DNA of 64,000 nucleotides, taken from contig JAKFCY010000002.1 of assembly GCA_036676395.1 (NCBI GenBank), positions 2,272,001 to 2,336,000 of the forward strand. The letters are read 5' to 3'. Made by a program: the position numbers and the translations under genes. Of the stretch, positions 10,999 to 26,208 are shown piece by piece (within the stretch, counting starts at the first letter, position 1; each line of letters opens with the position of its first letter). The stretch is from Bdellovibrio sp. GTDB taxonomy: Bacteria > Bdellovibrionota > Bdellovibrionia > Bdellovibrionales > Bdellovibrionaceae. Under the pieces are notes generated by a model. It did no database searches, was not told where the DNA came from, and saw nothing but the letters and a program-made list of their open reading frames with translations.

Positions 10999-11622
10999 TT
11001 ATTCCGCAGAACATCTTTCGATGATTTTAGCTACCGAATCTTTAGTGATAACTGCGTAGTCGTATTTTAATAAGTCAAAAACGTTTAAGCCTTCAACACC
11101 AGAGTATTTATAATCAACTAAGTTACGAGCTGCACGGCTGAAGTTTTCATTCGAAGAGTTATCGATTAAAACTGCTTTTTTAACTCCAAACGTTTGTAAA
11201 CGTTTGCCTAGTTCATTTGTTTTACCTTCAGAATTCATTGAATCAACAACTGTTAATTTGCCTTCTTTGAATAAGTGAGAAAGAGCCATTTTAAGAGCCG
11301 ATTTTCTCATTTTCTTAGGTAATACATAACCGTAAGAACGTGGTTGTGGACCGAACATAGTACCACCGCCTGGCATTAAAGGAGAACGAGTAGAACCTTG
11401 ACGGGCGTTACCAGTACCTTTTTGCTTGAATGGCTTTTTACCACCACCGCTCACTAAACCTTTTGTTTTAGTCATGTGAGTGCCTTGACGACGACAAGCT
11501 AATTGCCATCTTACAACTGTGTGTAATACGTCTTTTTTTACTTCAACTTCAAAAGTGTCCGCTTGTAAATCAAGTGATCCAACTTTTTCTTTTTTCCAAT
11601 TAAGTACATTGATTGTAGCCAT
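10999..11622 (-). CDS. rplD: 50S ribosomal protein L4
   Basis: RQGTH.TK, KQKGTGNARQGS, FGPQPR. Confidence 0.98.
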   Translation of the reverse strand: MATINVLNWKKEKVGSLDLQADTFEVEVKKDVLHTVVRWQLACRRQGTHMTKTKGLVSGGGKKPFKQKGTGNARQGSTRSPLMPGGGTMFGPQPRSYGYVLPKKMRKSALKMALSHLFKEGKLTVVDSMNSEGKTNELGKRLQTFGVKKAVLIDNSSNENFSRAARNLVDYKYSGVEGLNVFDLLKYDYAVITKDSVAKIIERCSAE

Positions 11623-11624
11623 GA

Positions 11625-12287
11625 CTATTGCTCCTTAACCAGTCTAACAAGAGAGTTTTTGTGTCCTGGAACTGGTCCTTTAACAAGAACTACTCCGTCA
11701 GCAGCGTTGATCTCTACGATTTCAACGTTACGAACTGTTACATTTTCGTCACCTAAGTGACCTGGGAATTTCTTACCTGGCATAACACGGCCTGGCCATG
11801 TTCTGTTACCAGAAGAACCTGGTCTTCTGTGGAATTTAGATCCGTGAGTAGCAGGACCACCCGCGAAACTCCAACGTCTTACAGAACCTTGGAAACCTTT
11901 ACCTTTAGAGCGAGAAGTGATTTTTACTAATTCACCTTTCACTAAGCTATCGATAGAGATTGCGTCACCTAACTTAACATCAGCTGGTAAGTCTTGACGG
12001 ATTTCTTTAATAAAACGAGCAGCAGTTTCAAAGCCTGAACCTTTTAAGTGTCCAATTTCTGCTTTAGAAGAATTTTTAGCTTTTTTAGGAACTGATGCGA
12101 TTTGAACAGCTGTGTAGCCGTCTTTTTCGTTAGTTTTGATTTGCGACACTTTCCAAGTTTCATAACGTAAAACTGTAACTGGTACTGCTTCACCTTTATC
12201 ATTGTAAATTGTTGCCATACCTTCTTTAAACGCATAGATGCCGTTTAATTTTAGGCCAGAAGAATTTGTTTCTTGATTTTCACTCAT
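11625..12287 (-). CDS. rplC: 50S ribosomal protein L3
   Basis: DGY.AVQ, SKGKGFQG, HGSKFHR.PGS. Confidence 0.97.
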   Translation of the reverse strand: MSENQETNSSGLKLNGIYAFKEGMATIYNDKGEAVPVTVLRYETWKVSQIKTNEKDGYTAVQIASVPKKAKNSSKAEIGHLKGSGFETAARFIKEIRQDLPADVKLGDAISIDSLVKGELVKITSRSKGKGFQGSVRRWSFAGGPATHGSKFHRRPGSSGNRTWPGRVMPGKKFPGHLGDENVTVRNVEIVEINAADGVVLVKGPVPGHKNSLVRLVKEQ

Positions 12288-12304
12288 AGTAATTCTCCCT
12301 TCTC

Positions 12305-12622
12305 TTATTCAGCTGAAAGCTTAATTTCAACGTCAACGCCAGCAGATAGATCTAATTTCATTAATTGATCGATCGTTTGTTGAGTTGGTTCAAGAATGTC
12401 TAACATTCTTTTGTGTGTTCTTACTTCGAATTGCTCACGTGATTTTTTATCAACGTGCGGAGAACGTAAAACAGTAAATCTGTTAATACGAGTAGGAAGA
12501 GGGATTGGTCCCGCAACCTTAGCTCCTGTGCGACGAGCAGTGTCCACGATTTCTTTTGTCGATTGATCAAGTAATTTATGATCAAAGGCCTTAAGCCTAA
12601 TTCTTATCTTTTGACTTTGCAT
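12305..12622 (-). CDS. rpsJ: 30S ribosomal protein S10
   Basis: [31 protein letters not shown]; start trimmed to ATG (MQSQK). Confidence 0.98.
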   Translation of the reverse strand: MQSQKIRIRLKAFDHKLLDQSTKEIVDTARRTGAKVAGPIPLPTRINRFTVLRSPHVDKKSREQFEVRTHKRMLDILEPTQQTIDQLMKLDLSAGVDVEIKLSAE

Positions 12623-12783
12623 TTTTTTACCTCTTTTGCCCGTCAAAACCATTCTCCACTTGAGCTAGATAAGCCCGAATATCGCGGTGGTTTCCGTAGC
12701 TAAAAATAAACCAGAAGCGAAAATATCTTATAAACGACATTTAGAGTCAATGGGAAAAAATTCTTTTTTTCAGAGGGAGTTTC

Positions 12784-12835
12784 GGTGCTGGTCGCGGGCT
12801 TTAAACCTACGACCTTTGGGTTATGAGACCGACGA
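12784..12835 (-). pseudogene. Degenerate 3' two-thirds of an initiator tRNA-Met(CAT)
   Basis: Minus strand TCGTCGGTCTCATAACCCAAAGGTCGTAGGTTTAAAGCCCGCGACCAGCACC closely resembles tRNA-fMet TCGTCGGGCTCATAACCCGAAGGTCGTCGGTTCAAATCCGGCCCCCGCAACCA; no 5' acceptor strand or D-arm, T-loop mutated, no CCA. Confidence 0.7.
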
Positions 12836-12846
12836 CTTTTGGAGGT

Positions 12847-14937
12847 CTAGCGCCCCAAGCGAGTCAGGATTTCGGCCTTAACTTTTGGCGGAACCGGCGA
12901 GTAATTTAGGAATTCCATGCTGAAAAATGCTCGTCCTTGCGACAAACTACGAACATCAGTTGAATAGCCGAACATGTTTGCTAATGGCACTTCAGCCGAA
13001 ACCATTTGGCCACCAGACGGTTTTGCAGTCATATTATGGATTTTACCGCGTCTAGAGTTAATATCGCTCACTACGCTGCCTACGAAATCATCAGGACAGT
13101 TAACTTCAAGCTTAAACATCGGTTCAAGTAAAACTTGATTAGCTGATTTGATCAAATCACGGAAAGCCAGCGAGCTCGCCGCCTTACACACGATTTCGTC
13201 GGTCTTTTGCGGGTCGCCCGATAATGATGTAATTGTTACCTTTAGACCCACCATAGCATAACTGCCGATCGGACCAACCTCACAAGCCTCTTTAAGACCT
13301 TGCTCGCAAGCCTTGATCCAATTTGGCTGAACTTCTTTTGAAGGCTGAACTAAAGAAATAATTTTAATTCCTTCAGCAGGATTGATCGCTTCAACTTTAA
13401 GACTGATTTTCGCAAATTTTTCTTCGCCGCCAAGAAGTCTCTCGAAAGTGTAATCAATTTTTGATTCACCGTTGATAGTCTCGCGGTACGCAACTTGTGG
13501 CTTACCTACGTTGGCTTGGATTTTGTATTCGCGAAGCAGGCGGTCTACTAAGATATCAACATGTAATTCGCCCATGCCTGAAAGTAGGATTTGTCCTGTT
13601 TCAGGGTCTGAACGTAAACGACAAGATGGATCTTCGCGCTCTAAACGCTGAAGGCCTTCCATCATTTTATCTTGTTCTGCAGAAGATTTTGCTTCGACAA
13701 CAACCGAGATAACTGGCTCTGGAAAAGTAATTGATTCAAACACCACTTGGCGTGATGAATCGCACAAAGTATCGCCTGTTGTTGTGAATTTTAATCCAAT
13801 GATCGCACCGATATCGCCGGCTTTGATTTCAGACACTTCTTCACGCGCATTCGCATGCATCTTCACGATTTTTTGTACGCGCTCTTTTTTTTCTGTACGT
13901 GGATTTAAAACTTGGTCACCCACTTTTAAAGTTCCAGAGTACACACGAATATAAGTTAATGAGCCCGCAAACGGATCATTCGCTAATTTGAAAGCTAAAG
14001 CCGCAGCGGGTTCGTCAAATTTAACATGACATTCAACTGTCATATTATCTTTGATCGGATTCATTCCAATTGTCGGAGGAAGATCCAAGGGAGACGGCAA
14101 ATAATCTGTAACACCATCTAGAATTTGCTGAATGCCTTTATTTTTAAAAGCAGCTCCGCAAAATACAGGAAAAACTTTTAGCGTGATAACACCATGACGA
14201 AGAGCTGCTTTTAGCTCTTCTAAAGAGGGAGTCTCGCCATTTAAATATTTTTCAACTAGAGCATCATCAAGTTCACAAATTTGCTCGATTGTTCTGGCAC
14301 GCTCAGTTTCAAAAAGTTCTTTCATGTTAGCAGGGATATCTACAGTTTGAAAATCATGAGGGTTATTGGGCGCCCATGTGTAAGCTTTCGAAGTCAGTAA
14401 ATCGCAAATACCCACAAAATTTTCTTCAGAACCAATGGGAATTTGCACCTTAATAGGATTAGCTTCTAGTTTTTCTTTTATTGATTGAACGCACATATCA
14501 AAATCTGAACCGGTGCGATCCATTTTATTTACAAAACAAATTCTTGGAACTTTATGTTTGTTAGCTTGGCGCCAAACAGTCTCAGACTGTGGCTCAACTC
14601 CTGAAACCGCATCGTAAACAGCGATAGCGCCGTCTAGTACGCGAAGTGAACGTTCAACTTCAATCGTGAAATCCACGTGCCCCGGAGTATCGATAATATT
14701 AATGCGATGATTTTTCCAAGAAGTAGTTGTCGCTGCAGAAGTGATAGTAATACCGCGCTCTTGCTCTTGCGGCATCCAATCCATAGTGGCTGCGCCATCA
14801 TGAACTTCGCCAATTTTATGACTTTTACCTGTGTAAAATAAAATGCGCTCAGTAGTTGTAGTTTTCCCCGCATCAATGTGAGCCATGATACCGATATTGC
14901 GAGTAAATTTTAAGTCAGCTTCTGTTTTAACAACCAT
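12847..14937 (-). CDS. fusA: Elongation factor G, divergent (EF-G2/recycling-type) copy
   Basis: [29 protein letters not shown] present; domain IV motifs degenerate; start trimmed to ATG (MVVKT). Confidence 0.93.
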   Translation of the reverse strand: MVVKTEADLKFTRNIGIMAHIDAGKTTTTERILFYTGKSHKIGEVHDGAATMDWMPQEQERGITITSAATTTSWKNHRINIIDTPGHVDFTIEVERSLRVLDGAIAVYDAVSGVEPQSETVWRQANKHKVPRICFVNKMDRTGSDFDMCVQSIKEKLEANPIKVQIPIGSEENFVGICDLLTSKAYTWAPNNPHDFQTVDIPANMKELFETERARTIEQICELDDALVEKYLNGETPSLEELKAALRHGVITLKVFPVFCGAAFKNKGIQQILDGVTDYLPSPLDLPPTIGMNPIKDNMTVECHVKFDEPAAALAFKLANDPFAGSLTYIRVYSGTLKVGDQVLNPRTEKKERVQKIVKMHANAREEVSEIKAGDIGAIIGLKFTTTGDTLCDSSRQVVFESITFPEPVISVVVEAKSSAEQDKMMEGLQRLEREDPSCRLRSDPETGQILLSGMGELHVDILVDRLLREYKIQANVGKPQVAYRETINGESKIDYTFERLLGGEEKFAKISLKVEAINPAEGIKIISLVQPSKEVQPNWIKACEQGLKEACEVGPIGSYAMVGLKVTITSLSGDPQKTDEIVCKAASSLAFRDLIKSANQVLLEPMFKLEVNCPDDFVGSVVSDINSRRGKIHNMTAKPSGGQMVSAEVPLANMFGYSTDVRSLSQGRAFFSMEFLNYSPVPPKVKAEILTRLGR

Positions 14938-14988
14938 GCTCAGTAACTTAAACTTTTTTACGAAAATCTTCAAGCGCACTTATTTGAT

Positions 14989-15054
14989 CTTCCGCCCACG
15001 ATGGGCGGAAGAAGTAGGAGCTCGAGGACAGAGTCCTCGATGCCCATGGATGGC
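14989..15054. repeat. Three-hairpin REP/MITE-like element, copy 1
   Basis: CTTCCGCCCA-cga-TGGGCGGAAG; TCGAGGAC-aga-GTCCTCGA; GCCcatggatGGC; GC-rich within an AT-rich spacer. Confidence 0.6.
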
Positions 15055-15085
15055 CGCGCTTCGACTAAACTCAAAGCGCACAAAT

Positions 15086-15115
15086 AAAAAAACCCGAAGA
15101 TTTCTCTTCGGGTTT
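15086..15115 (-). terminator. Intrinsic terminator after rpsG
   Basis: Minus strand AAACCCGAAGA-gaaa-TCTTCGGGTTT followed by a T-run. Confidence 0.8.
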
Positions 15116-15142
15116 AATAGTTTTAAATTAACTAGTAATTGA

Positions 15143-15616
15143 TTACCAGTTGTAGTGAGCGAACGCTTTGTTCGATTCAGCCATTTTGTGTACGTCTTCA
15201 CGTTTTTTGATGCTGTTACCACGGTTGTTGTAAGCATCTAAGATTTCACCAGCTAAACGCTTAGAAAAATCTTTTTCGCCACGAGCACGTGAGTAATCAA
15301 CCATCCAACGCATAGCTAAAGCTAAACGACGAGTGGGACGAACATCAACTGGAACTTGGTAAGTAGCTCCGCCCACGCGACGTGAACGAACTTCAATTGA
15401 AGGTTTAACATTTTCAATCGCTTTTTTAAGGATTGTTAATGAATCTTCACCTTGAACTTTACCGTTTAATTCATCTAGGGCTCCGTAAAATAATTTTTGC
15501 GCAGTCGATTTTTGACCACGTAACATGATTTTATTGATGAATTTAGCGATAACTAAATCTTTGTGAACTGGATCTGGGATAATTTCTCTTTTAAATGTAC
15601 GACTTCTACGAGACAT
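15143..15616 (-). CDS. rpsG: 30S ribosomal protein S7
   Basis: [27 protein letters not shown]. Confidence 0.98.
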   Translation of the reverse strand: MSRRSRTFKREIIPDPVHKDLVIAKFINKIMLRGQKSTAQKLFYGALDELNGKVQGEDSLTILKKAIENVKPSIEVRSRRVGGATYQVPVDVRPTRRLALAMRWMVDYSRARGEKDFSKRLAGEILDAYNNRGNSIKKREDVHKMAESNKAFAHYNW

Positions 15617-15643
15617 ATGTTTATTCCTCTAAAATTTCTTAAA

Positions 15644-16018
15644 TTATTTCTTAGGTTTTTTCGCACCGTATTTTGAACGGCTACGTAAACGACCATTAAC
15701 GCCTTGTAAATCTAGTGTTCCACGAACGATGTGGTAACGAACACCTGGTAGATCTTTAACACGACCGCCACGGATCATAACAACGCTATGCTCTTGTAGA
15801 TTGTGACCGATACCTGGGATGTAAGAGATTACTTCAAAGCCATTAGATAAACGAACTTTAGCTACTTTACGTAAAGCTGAATTCGGCTTCTTTGGAGTTG
15901 TAGTGTAAACACGCGTACAAACGCCACGACGTTGAGGGCAAGCTTGTAAAGCTGGCGATTTAGTTTGGTTCTTTTGAACTGTACGCTCTTTTTTAATGAG
16001 CTGATTAATAGTAGGCAC
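15644..16018 (-). CDS. rpsL: 30S ribosomal protein S12
   Basis: GTG start, [27 protein letters not shown]. Confidence 0.98.
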   Translation of the reverse strand: MPTINQLIKKERTVQKNQTKSPALQACPQRRGVCTRVYTTTPKKPNSALRKVAKVRLSNGFEVISYIPGIGHNLQEHSVVMIRGGRVKDLPGVRYHIVRGTLDLQGVNGRLRSRSKYGAKKPKK

Positions 16019-16189
16019 TTTTACTCCTCTTAATAGGTATCTAGCCTTATACATTCCAGAATATTTATAGCAATTCTGGTTAGCTATGGATTTGAACGGG
16101 CCATACCCGTAAGTTCGATTTTTGATCGAAGAACAAGATTTGTAACCTGACCGGCCAGCTACGTCAAGCAGGGCAAGCATTTTACCCAT

Positions 16190-16217
16190 AAAAAAAGGAC
16201 CCCGAAAGGTCCTTTTT
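16190..16217 (-). terminator. Intrinsic terminator after rpoC
   Basis: AAAAAGGACC-ccgaaa-GGTCCTTTTT with A/T runs on both sides. Confidence 0.8.
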
Positions 16218-16259
16218 CACTCAGACCCCGTTTAACCGAGGCCCTATATTTGAGGCAAA

Positions 16260-19200
16260 CTAGCCGAATGGTAGTGGTGCTGCATCCATATCTTCGTCTT
16301 CAGCAACAACAACTTTCCATTTTTTGTAGGCTGTTAAGCCAGTACCAGCAGGGATCAAGCGACCCATGATGATATTTTCTTTTAAGCCACGTAAATGATC
16401 TGTTTTTGAATTAATAGCTGCTTCAGTAAGAACTTTTGTAGTCTCTTGGAATGACGCCGCTGAAATCCAGCTTTCAGTGCTTAATGAAACTTTCGTGATA
16501 CCTAATAATAGAGGTCTAAATGTAGCCACTTGGCCACCCTCTTTAGATACACGGTCATTTTCAGTAAGCATTGTTGAACGCTCAGCTTGTTCGCCAGATA
16601 AGAACTTAGTGTCTCCTACTTCAGCGATTTCAACTTTACGTAACATCTGACGTACGATGACTTCGATGTGCTTATCATTGATACCCACACCTTGTAGACG
16701 GTAAACTTCTTGAACTTCGTTAACTAAGTAAGCTGATAATGCTTTCGCACCTAATACCGCTAATAGATCATGCGGATTTGTAGGCCCATCAACTAACGCT
16801 TCACCGGCACGAACGAACTCACCCTCACGAACCGCAACGTGTTTACCTTTTGGAATAAGGTATTCAGTTTGTTCGCCGATTTCTGGAGTTACGATAACAC
16901 GTTGTTTACCTTTTACGTCTTTACCGAAAGTTACGAAACCATCAACTTCAGCAATGATTGCTGCGTCTTTTGGTTTACGTGCTTCGAATAATTCGGCAAC
17001 GCGCGGAAGACCGCCCGTGATATCTTTCGTTTTAGAAGTTTCGCGATGTAGTTTTGCGATCACATCACCGGCGTGCACATCTGCACCGTCAGTAATTAAT
17101 AATTGCGCGCCCACTGGAATCATATAACGAGCTGGAATGTCACGACCTGGAAGGTTCATTACTTTTCCTGCTGCATCAGTCATGAATACAGTTGGTTTGT
17201 TGTCAGAAGTTTTACCTTCAATAATAACTTTAGTAGCGAAACCAGTTACTGGATCCACTTGCTCAGTCATTGTTTTACCTTCAGTGATATCTTGGAACTG
17301 AATTTTCGCAGTTACTTCCGAGATAATCGGATTAGAATACGGATCCCATTCAGCAATAGCGTTTCCTTTAGAAACTTTAGCGCCATCTTTGAAGTTTAAG
17401 ATTGTACCGTAAACTAATTTGAAGTTTTCGCGTTCACGACCAGTTTCATCAACAACTAGGGCATTACCATTACGGTTAAGTACTGTTAATTTGCCAGTTT
17501 TGTTTGTAACAAGCTGAACGTTTTGTAATTTTAAAATACCATCGAAACGAGTTGTATGAACTGATTGCTCAACTGAACGAGATGCCGCACCACCTAAGTG
17601 GAATGTACGCATTGTTAACTGAGTACCTGGCTCACCGATTGATTGAGCTGCGATAATACCAACTGTTTCACCTAAGTTTACAGTCGCACCACGAGATAAA
17701 TCACGGCCATAACATTTCACACAAACACCACGGCGAGCTTCACAAGTTAAAGCTGAACGAATTTGGATTCTTTCGATTCCAGCATCTTCGATACGTTTAA
17801 CTAAGTTTTCGTCCATTTCGCTGTTAGCTTTTAATAATACAGTGTTAGTTGCTGGATCGATAACATCATTGATTGTTACGCGACCTAAAATACGATCAGC
17901 GATACCAAGGATGATTTCACCTGATTCATAAACCGGAGTGATTTCTAAACCTTCTTTAGTTCCGCAATCGATTTCAGAAACAACAACGTCTTGAGCCACG
18001 TCAACTAAACGACGTGTTAAGTATCCAGAGTTGGCTGTTTTTAATGCTGTATCGGCAAGACCTTTACGCGCACCATGTGTAGAAATGAAATATTGAAGTA
18101 CCGTTAAACCTTCACGGAAATTTGCCGTGATCGGTGTTTCGATAATTTCGCCTGATGGCTTAGCCATAAGACCACGCATCGCACCTAACTGACGTAACTG
18201 ATTGAACGATCCACGGGCTCCGGAATCGGCCATGACGTAAATTGGATTGAATGAAGGTCCAACGATTTCTTTACCATCAACGATAAACTTTTGTTTCTCG
18301 ATTTGGCTCATCATCTCTTTGGCAACTTTATCTGAAGTTTGAGCCCAGATATCCACAACTTTATTGTAGCGCTCACCGTCGGTAATTAAACCTTCGTCGT
18401 ACTGTTGTTGGATTTCTTGAACTTGTTTATCAGCATCAGCTAACATCGGAGCTTTTTGTTCTGGGATGATCATGTCATCTACAGAGATCGAAAGACCCGC
18501 TACAGTTGAGTATTTGAAACCTAACTGCATGATTTGATCGGCTAAAATACAAGTCGCTTTCGCGCCTGCAAGACGGAAAGTAGTATCGATTAATGAAGCG
18601 ATAGATTTTTTTGACATCGCTGTATTGATCGTTGTGAAAGGAACTTCTTTAGGAACAACGTCTGATAAAATCGCGCGTCCTACAGTTGTTTCTTCGACTT
18701 TACCTTTAATCTTCACTTTACAAATTGCTTGGATATCGATGATTCCAGTTTCGTAAGCATATAATGCCTCTTGAACTGAAGCGAAACGTTTACCAGCACC
18801 TTTTGCACCTGGGCGAAGACGAGTCATCCAATATAGACCCAAGACAACGTCCTGAGATGGATTGATGATCGGCTTACCATTGGCAGGCGATAAGATATTG
18901 TTAGTCGACATCATTAATACGCGAGCTTCTACTTGCGCTTCCACAGAAAGTGGAACGTGAACTGCCATCTGATCTCCATCGAAATCGGCATTGAATGCAG
19001 TACACACTAATGGATGTAATTGAATCGCTTTACCTTCGTGAAGAACTGGTTCGAACGCTTGGATACCAAGTCTATGTAACGTTGGAGCACGATTTAGTAA
19101 TACTGGATGTTCTTTAACTACTTCAGCTAAGATATCCCATACTTCTACTGTCTCTTGATCAACTAAGCGTTTAGCTTGTTTGATTGTTGTAGCTAAGCCT

Positions 19201-20363
19201 TTTTCTTCAAGTTTGTTGTAAACAAACGGTTTGAATAACTCTAAAGCCATTTTCTTAGGTAGACCGCATTGGTGTAATTTCAATGTTGGTCCTACGGTAA
19301 TAACCGAACGACCAGAGTAATCCACACGTTTACCTAATAAATTCTGACGGAAACGACCTTGTTTACCTTTAAGCATGTCGCTTAATGATTTAAGAGGACG
19401 TTTGTTTGGACCAGTAAATGTTTTACCACGACGACCGTTATCTAATAACGCATCAACCGCTTCTTGTAACATACGTTTTTCATTGCGGATGATAATGTCT
19501 GGAGCGTTAAGCTCTTGAAGACGTTTCAAACGGTTATTACGATTGATTACACGACGGTATAAATCATTTAAGTCAGACGTAGCGAAACGGCCACCATCAA
19601 GAGGTACTAACGGACGTAAATCCGGTGGTAACACAGGAAGCGCTTCTAACATCATCCATTCACATTTATTTGTAGAGCCTTTGAAAGCTTCTACAACTTT
19701 TAAACGCTTAGATAATTTTTTAGTTCCAGCTTCTGATTTAGTCTCTTTAAGTTCCATACGTAACTTACGAGATAAATATTCTGGATCGATTTTGCGTAAC
19801 ATTTCACGAACTGCTTCACCGCCCATGCCGGCTTTGAAGTTAGGACCGAATTCGTTAAGAGCTGCATTGTATGCATCTTCATTAAGAACTGCGCCTTCTT
19901 CTAAAGTTGTCTCCATTGGATCAACAACGATGTAAGATTCGCAGTAAAGAACTTTTTCTACGTCTTTTAACGATAGATTAAGTAAGTTACCGATACGTGA
20001 AGGTAAAGAACGTAAAAACCAGATGTGAGCTACAGGTGTTGCTAACTCGATATGGCCTAAACGCTCACGACGAACTTTAGTTTGTGTAACTTCAACACCG
20101 CACTTTTCGCAGATTACTCCGCGATATTTCATACGTTTATATTTACCGCAAAGACATTCGTAATCTTTGATAGGTCCAAAGATTTTAGCGCAGAATAAAC
20201 CGTCACGTTCAGGTTTGAACGTACGGTAATTGATAGTTTCTGGCTTTTTAACTTCGCCAAATGACCAATCACGGATCATTTCTGGAGAAGCCAATGAAAT
20301 ACGAACTGCATCAAACGAAAGTGGATCTTTTGGTTTGTCGAAAAAATTTAATAAATCTCTCAT
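16260..20363 (-). CDS. rpoC: RNA polymerase beta' subunit
   Basis: [12 protein letters not shown] catalytic motif, zinc fingers, 1367 aa. Confidence 0.99.
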   Translation of the reverse strand: MRDLLNFFDKPKDPLSFDAVRISLASPEMIRDWSFGEVKKPETINYRTFKPERDGLFCAKIFGPIKDYECLCGKYKRMKYRGVICEKCGVEVTQTKVRRERLGHIELATPVAHIWFLRSLPSRIGNLLNLSLKDVEKVLYCESYIVVDPMETTLEEGAVLNEDAYNAALNEFGPNFKAGMGGEAVREMLRKIDPEYLSRKLRMELKETKSEAGTKKLSKRLKVVEAFKGSTNKCEWMMLEALPVLPPDLRPLVPLDGGRFATSDLNDLYRRVINRNNRLKRLQELNAPDIIIRNEKRMLQEAVDALLDNGRRGKTFTGPNKRPLKSLSDMLKGKQGRFRQNLLGKRVDYSGRSVITVGPTLKLHQCGLPKKMALELFKPFVYNKLEEKGLATTIKQAKRLVDQETVEVWDILAEVVKEHPVLLNRAPTLHRLGIQAFEPVLHEGKAIQLHPLVCTAFNADFDGDQMAVHVPLSVEAQVEARVLMMSTNNILSPANGKPIINPSQDVVLGLYWMTRLRPGAKGAGKRFASVQEALYAYETGIIDIQAICKVKIKGKVEETTVGRAILSDVVPKEVPFTTINTAMSKKSIASLIDTTFRLAGAKATCILADQIMQLGFKYSTVAGLSISVDDMIIPEQKAPMLADADKQVQEIQQQYDEGLITDGERYNKVVDIWAQTSDKVAKEMMSQIEKQKFIVDGKEIVGPSFNPIYVMADSGARGSFNQLRQLGAMRGLMAKPSGEIIETPITANFREGLTVLQYFISTHGARKGLADTALKTANSGYLTRRLVDVAQDVVVSEIDCGTKEGLEITPVYESGEIILGIADRILGRVTINDVIDPATNTVLLKANSEMDENLVKRIEDAGIERIQIRSALTCEARRGVCVKCYGRDLSRGATVNLGETVGIIAAQSIGEPGTQLTMRTFHLGGAASRSVEQSVHTTRFDGILKLQNVQLVTNKTGKLTVLNRNGNALVVDETGRERENFKLVYGTILNFKDGAKVSKGNAIAEWDPYSNPIISEVTAKIQFQDITEGKTMTEQVDPVTGFATKVIIEGKTSDNKPTVFMTDAAGKVMNLPGRDIPARYMIPVGAQLLITDGADVHAGDVIAKLHRETSKTKDITGGLPRVAELFEARKPKDAAIIAEVDGFVTFGKDVKGKQRVIVTPEIGEQTEYLIPKGKHVAVREGEFVRAGEALVDGPTNPHDLLAVLGAKALSAYLVNEVQEVYRLQGVGINDKHIEVIVRQMLRKVEIAEVGDTKFLSGEQAERSTMLTENDRVSKEGGQVATFRPLLLGITKVSLSTESWISAASFQETTKVLTEAAINSKTDHLRGLKENIIMGRLIPAGTGLTAYKKWKVVVAEDEDMDAAPLPFG

Positions 20364-20381
20364 GTTTTTCCCGCTTCCTTA

Positions 20382-24557
<4,176 letters not shown>

Positions 24558-24781
24558 TATTTTTTCTCCAATAGGCTGTGAAATTTAGTTTTTGAAAAAA
24601 TATTTTTTAAAAAAACTAAAAATGAAAATTCGCTTCGGGGGGAATTTACAAGGCCCACATTAATTCAAATTTGAACGTAAGGAATAGAAAGTACCTAAAC
24701 TCAATAAGAAAGGCAAACGATTGGTTCAGTATTTGCACTCCCTCTAGAGATTTCAAAAATTGCTATTTTTTTATGCTGTTT

Positions 24782-25294
24782 TTAGTAGTGAAAAATCAAA
24801 GCTAAACTTGATGATGTATAGTAGCGTAAATTATGACTTTTGCTATTATAATAAGCACCAAGCCCCTTATCTAAAAGCCTAATATAATAACCTACTTCAA
24901 TTTGCTGCTCAGGAAAGTAAACTTCAGTTGAAAGCTCTAAAATACCGCGAAGCGCCGTCTGTTCATAATAGTCTTCAGGAAAATGACTGGGAGAACTACT
25001 AAAGTAATTATTACCCTTTAAATCGTTTAGAGCATAAGTAAATCCCGCACCAAAACCTAAAACTCTCCACTGCAATGAATTCCATATAGCCTCTACGGCC
25101 ATATAGCGAAACATACAATTCAACTGCCACCCCGCTTCGCCTTCGACCACATAACTACCTATTGAAACTTCAGCAGCAAATGATTTGTCATTTCTATACA
25201 CTCCCCCCAGATAATACTGGCCAAAAAATCCTGAAGTTCCAAGCAAAGGACTCCACCCTGCGTGCGCCATCAGACTTAAAAAAAATGAAAACAA
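24782..25294 (-). CDS. Hypothetical exported protein, possibly a small outer-membrane beta-barrel
   Basis: Signal-like N-terminus ending AHA, alternating aromatic/Gly strands, C-terminal aromatic residue; start uncertain (in-frame KTIIF lies just upstream of the TTG). Confidence 0.6.
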   Translation of the reverse strand: MFSFFLSLMAHAGWSPLLGTSGFFGQYYLGGVYRNDKSFAAEVSIGSYVVEGEAGWQLNCMFRYMAVEAIWNSLQWRVLGFGAGFTYALNDLKGNNYFSSSPSHFPEDYYEQTALRGILELSTEVYFPEQQIEVGYYIRLLDKGLGAYYNSKSHNLRYYTSSSLALIFHY

Positions 25295-25299
25295 AAAAA

Positions 25300-26094
25300 T
25301 TATGGTTTTAAAACTGTTAATATAATTTCTCCGCTGGGCATTCGCGTAATTTCTAAATTACCTCCGGTTATTTGCACAACTAACCACTGCAGCCGCTGCA
25401 CCCGAGGCACCTGCAACAGCACTGTGCCACTACTATTTTGCAGTTCATAAACATGTTTGTGCCCATAGACCGACATTTTCACGAACGGATTTTGAAACAA
25501 CGGAGCAAACATTGCCGGTGCAAATCTTTCTGAATCTACGAGTGAAATATGTGAAAAAATAAATACGTTTTTAGCTGATTCACTGACTGCATCTAAAAGC
25601 CATTGCGGCTTAAATCCTTCGGGATCTTCTAAGTTTGCAGTGTGAAAGAAAATAAAGCGAGCTGTTGCAGTTTCAAACCAATAATTACTAGGTCCGAATA
25701 TCTTTCTAAAAAGTGCCGGGCCCGCACCAATAGCGTCATGATTGCCGATCACAGTAAAATTAGGCTTAAGCACACCTTCTAAAGCATCGACAAACCGATC
25801 ATATTCAAGATTATAGGCGCTATCGGTAAAATCACCTAAATTGACTACAAAATCTATAGCCGGAGTTTGATTAATCTGATCAATCACTTCATCCAAGTCG
25901 CGGTGATTACTGTGTGAATCCGCAAAAAGAGCGATTTTAATTTCGCCATCACTCTCAACATTCTGCAATTCAGTTTTTGCAACACCATTCAGATCACGCG
26001 CATCGGTAAATACTTTATCCGAGAAAGGCGAATCTTTAAAAGGAGCACAAGTTGTGACGATCAAAAAAAAGGGCACAAGCAAAAAGCTCTTCAT
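25300..26094 (-). CDS. Exported calcineurin-like metallophosphoesterase
   Basis: DSH, GDFTD, GNHD, H, GHKH motifs; hydrophobic N-terminus ending in Cys; start at ATG (MKSFLL). Confidence 0.88.
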   Translation of the reverse strand: MKSFLLVPFFLIVTTCAPFKDSPFSDKVFTDARDLNGVAKTELQNVESDGEIKIALFADSHSNHRDLDEVIDQINQTPAIDFVVNLGDFTDSAYNLEYDRFVDALEGVLKPNFTVIGNHDAIGAGPALFRKIFGPSNYWFETATARFIFFHTANLEDPEGFKPQWLLDAVSESAKNVFIFSHISLVDSERFAPAMFAPLFQNPFVKMSVYGHKHVYELQNSSGTVLLQVPRVQRLQWLVVQITGGNLEITRMPSGEIILTVLKP

Positions 26095-26107
26095 GCAAAA
26101 AGCACCT

Positions 26108-26124
26108 TGCACCAGCTATACCAA
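26108..26124 (-). promoter_or_regulatory. Putative sigma54 (-24/-12) promoter for the metallophosphoesterase
   Basis: Minus strand TTGGTATAGCTGGTGCA: GG-N10-GC with exact spacing. Confidence 0.45.
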
Positions 26125-26208
26125 CTTTGTTTAGTCGCAAGGGTTCATTCTTTGCATATTTACGAAAGAGAAGAGTGCTTTCGGGCAATATGCCACACAG
26201 GAGTAATC

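Noticed and set aside
14885..15237. Two 85-aa ORFs across the rpsG-fusA spacer, and the 5' extensions of fusA, rpsL, rpsJ, secE and ribH in the ORF track
   Set aside because: They cross terminators, hairpins or neighbouring genes; the downstream starts match the conserved N-termini.
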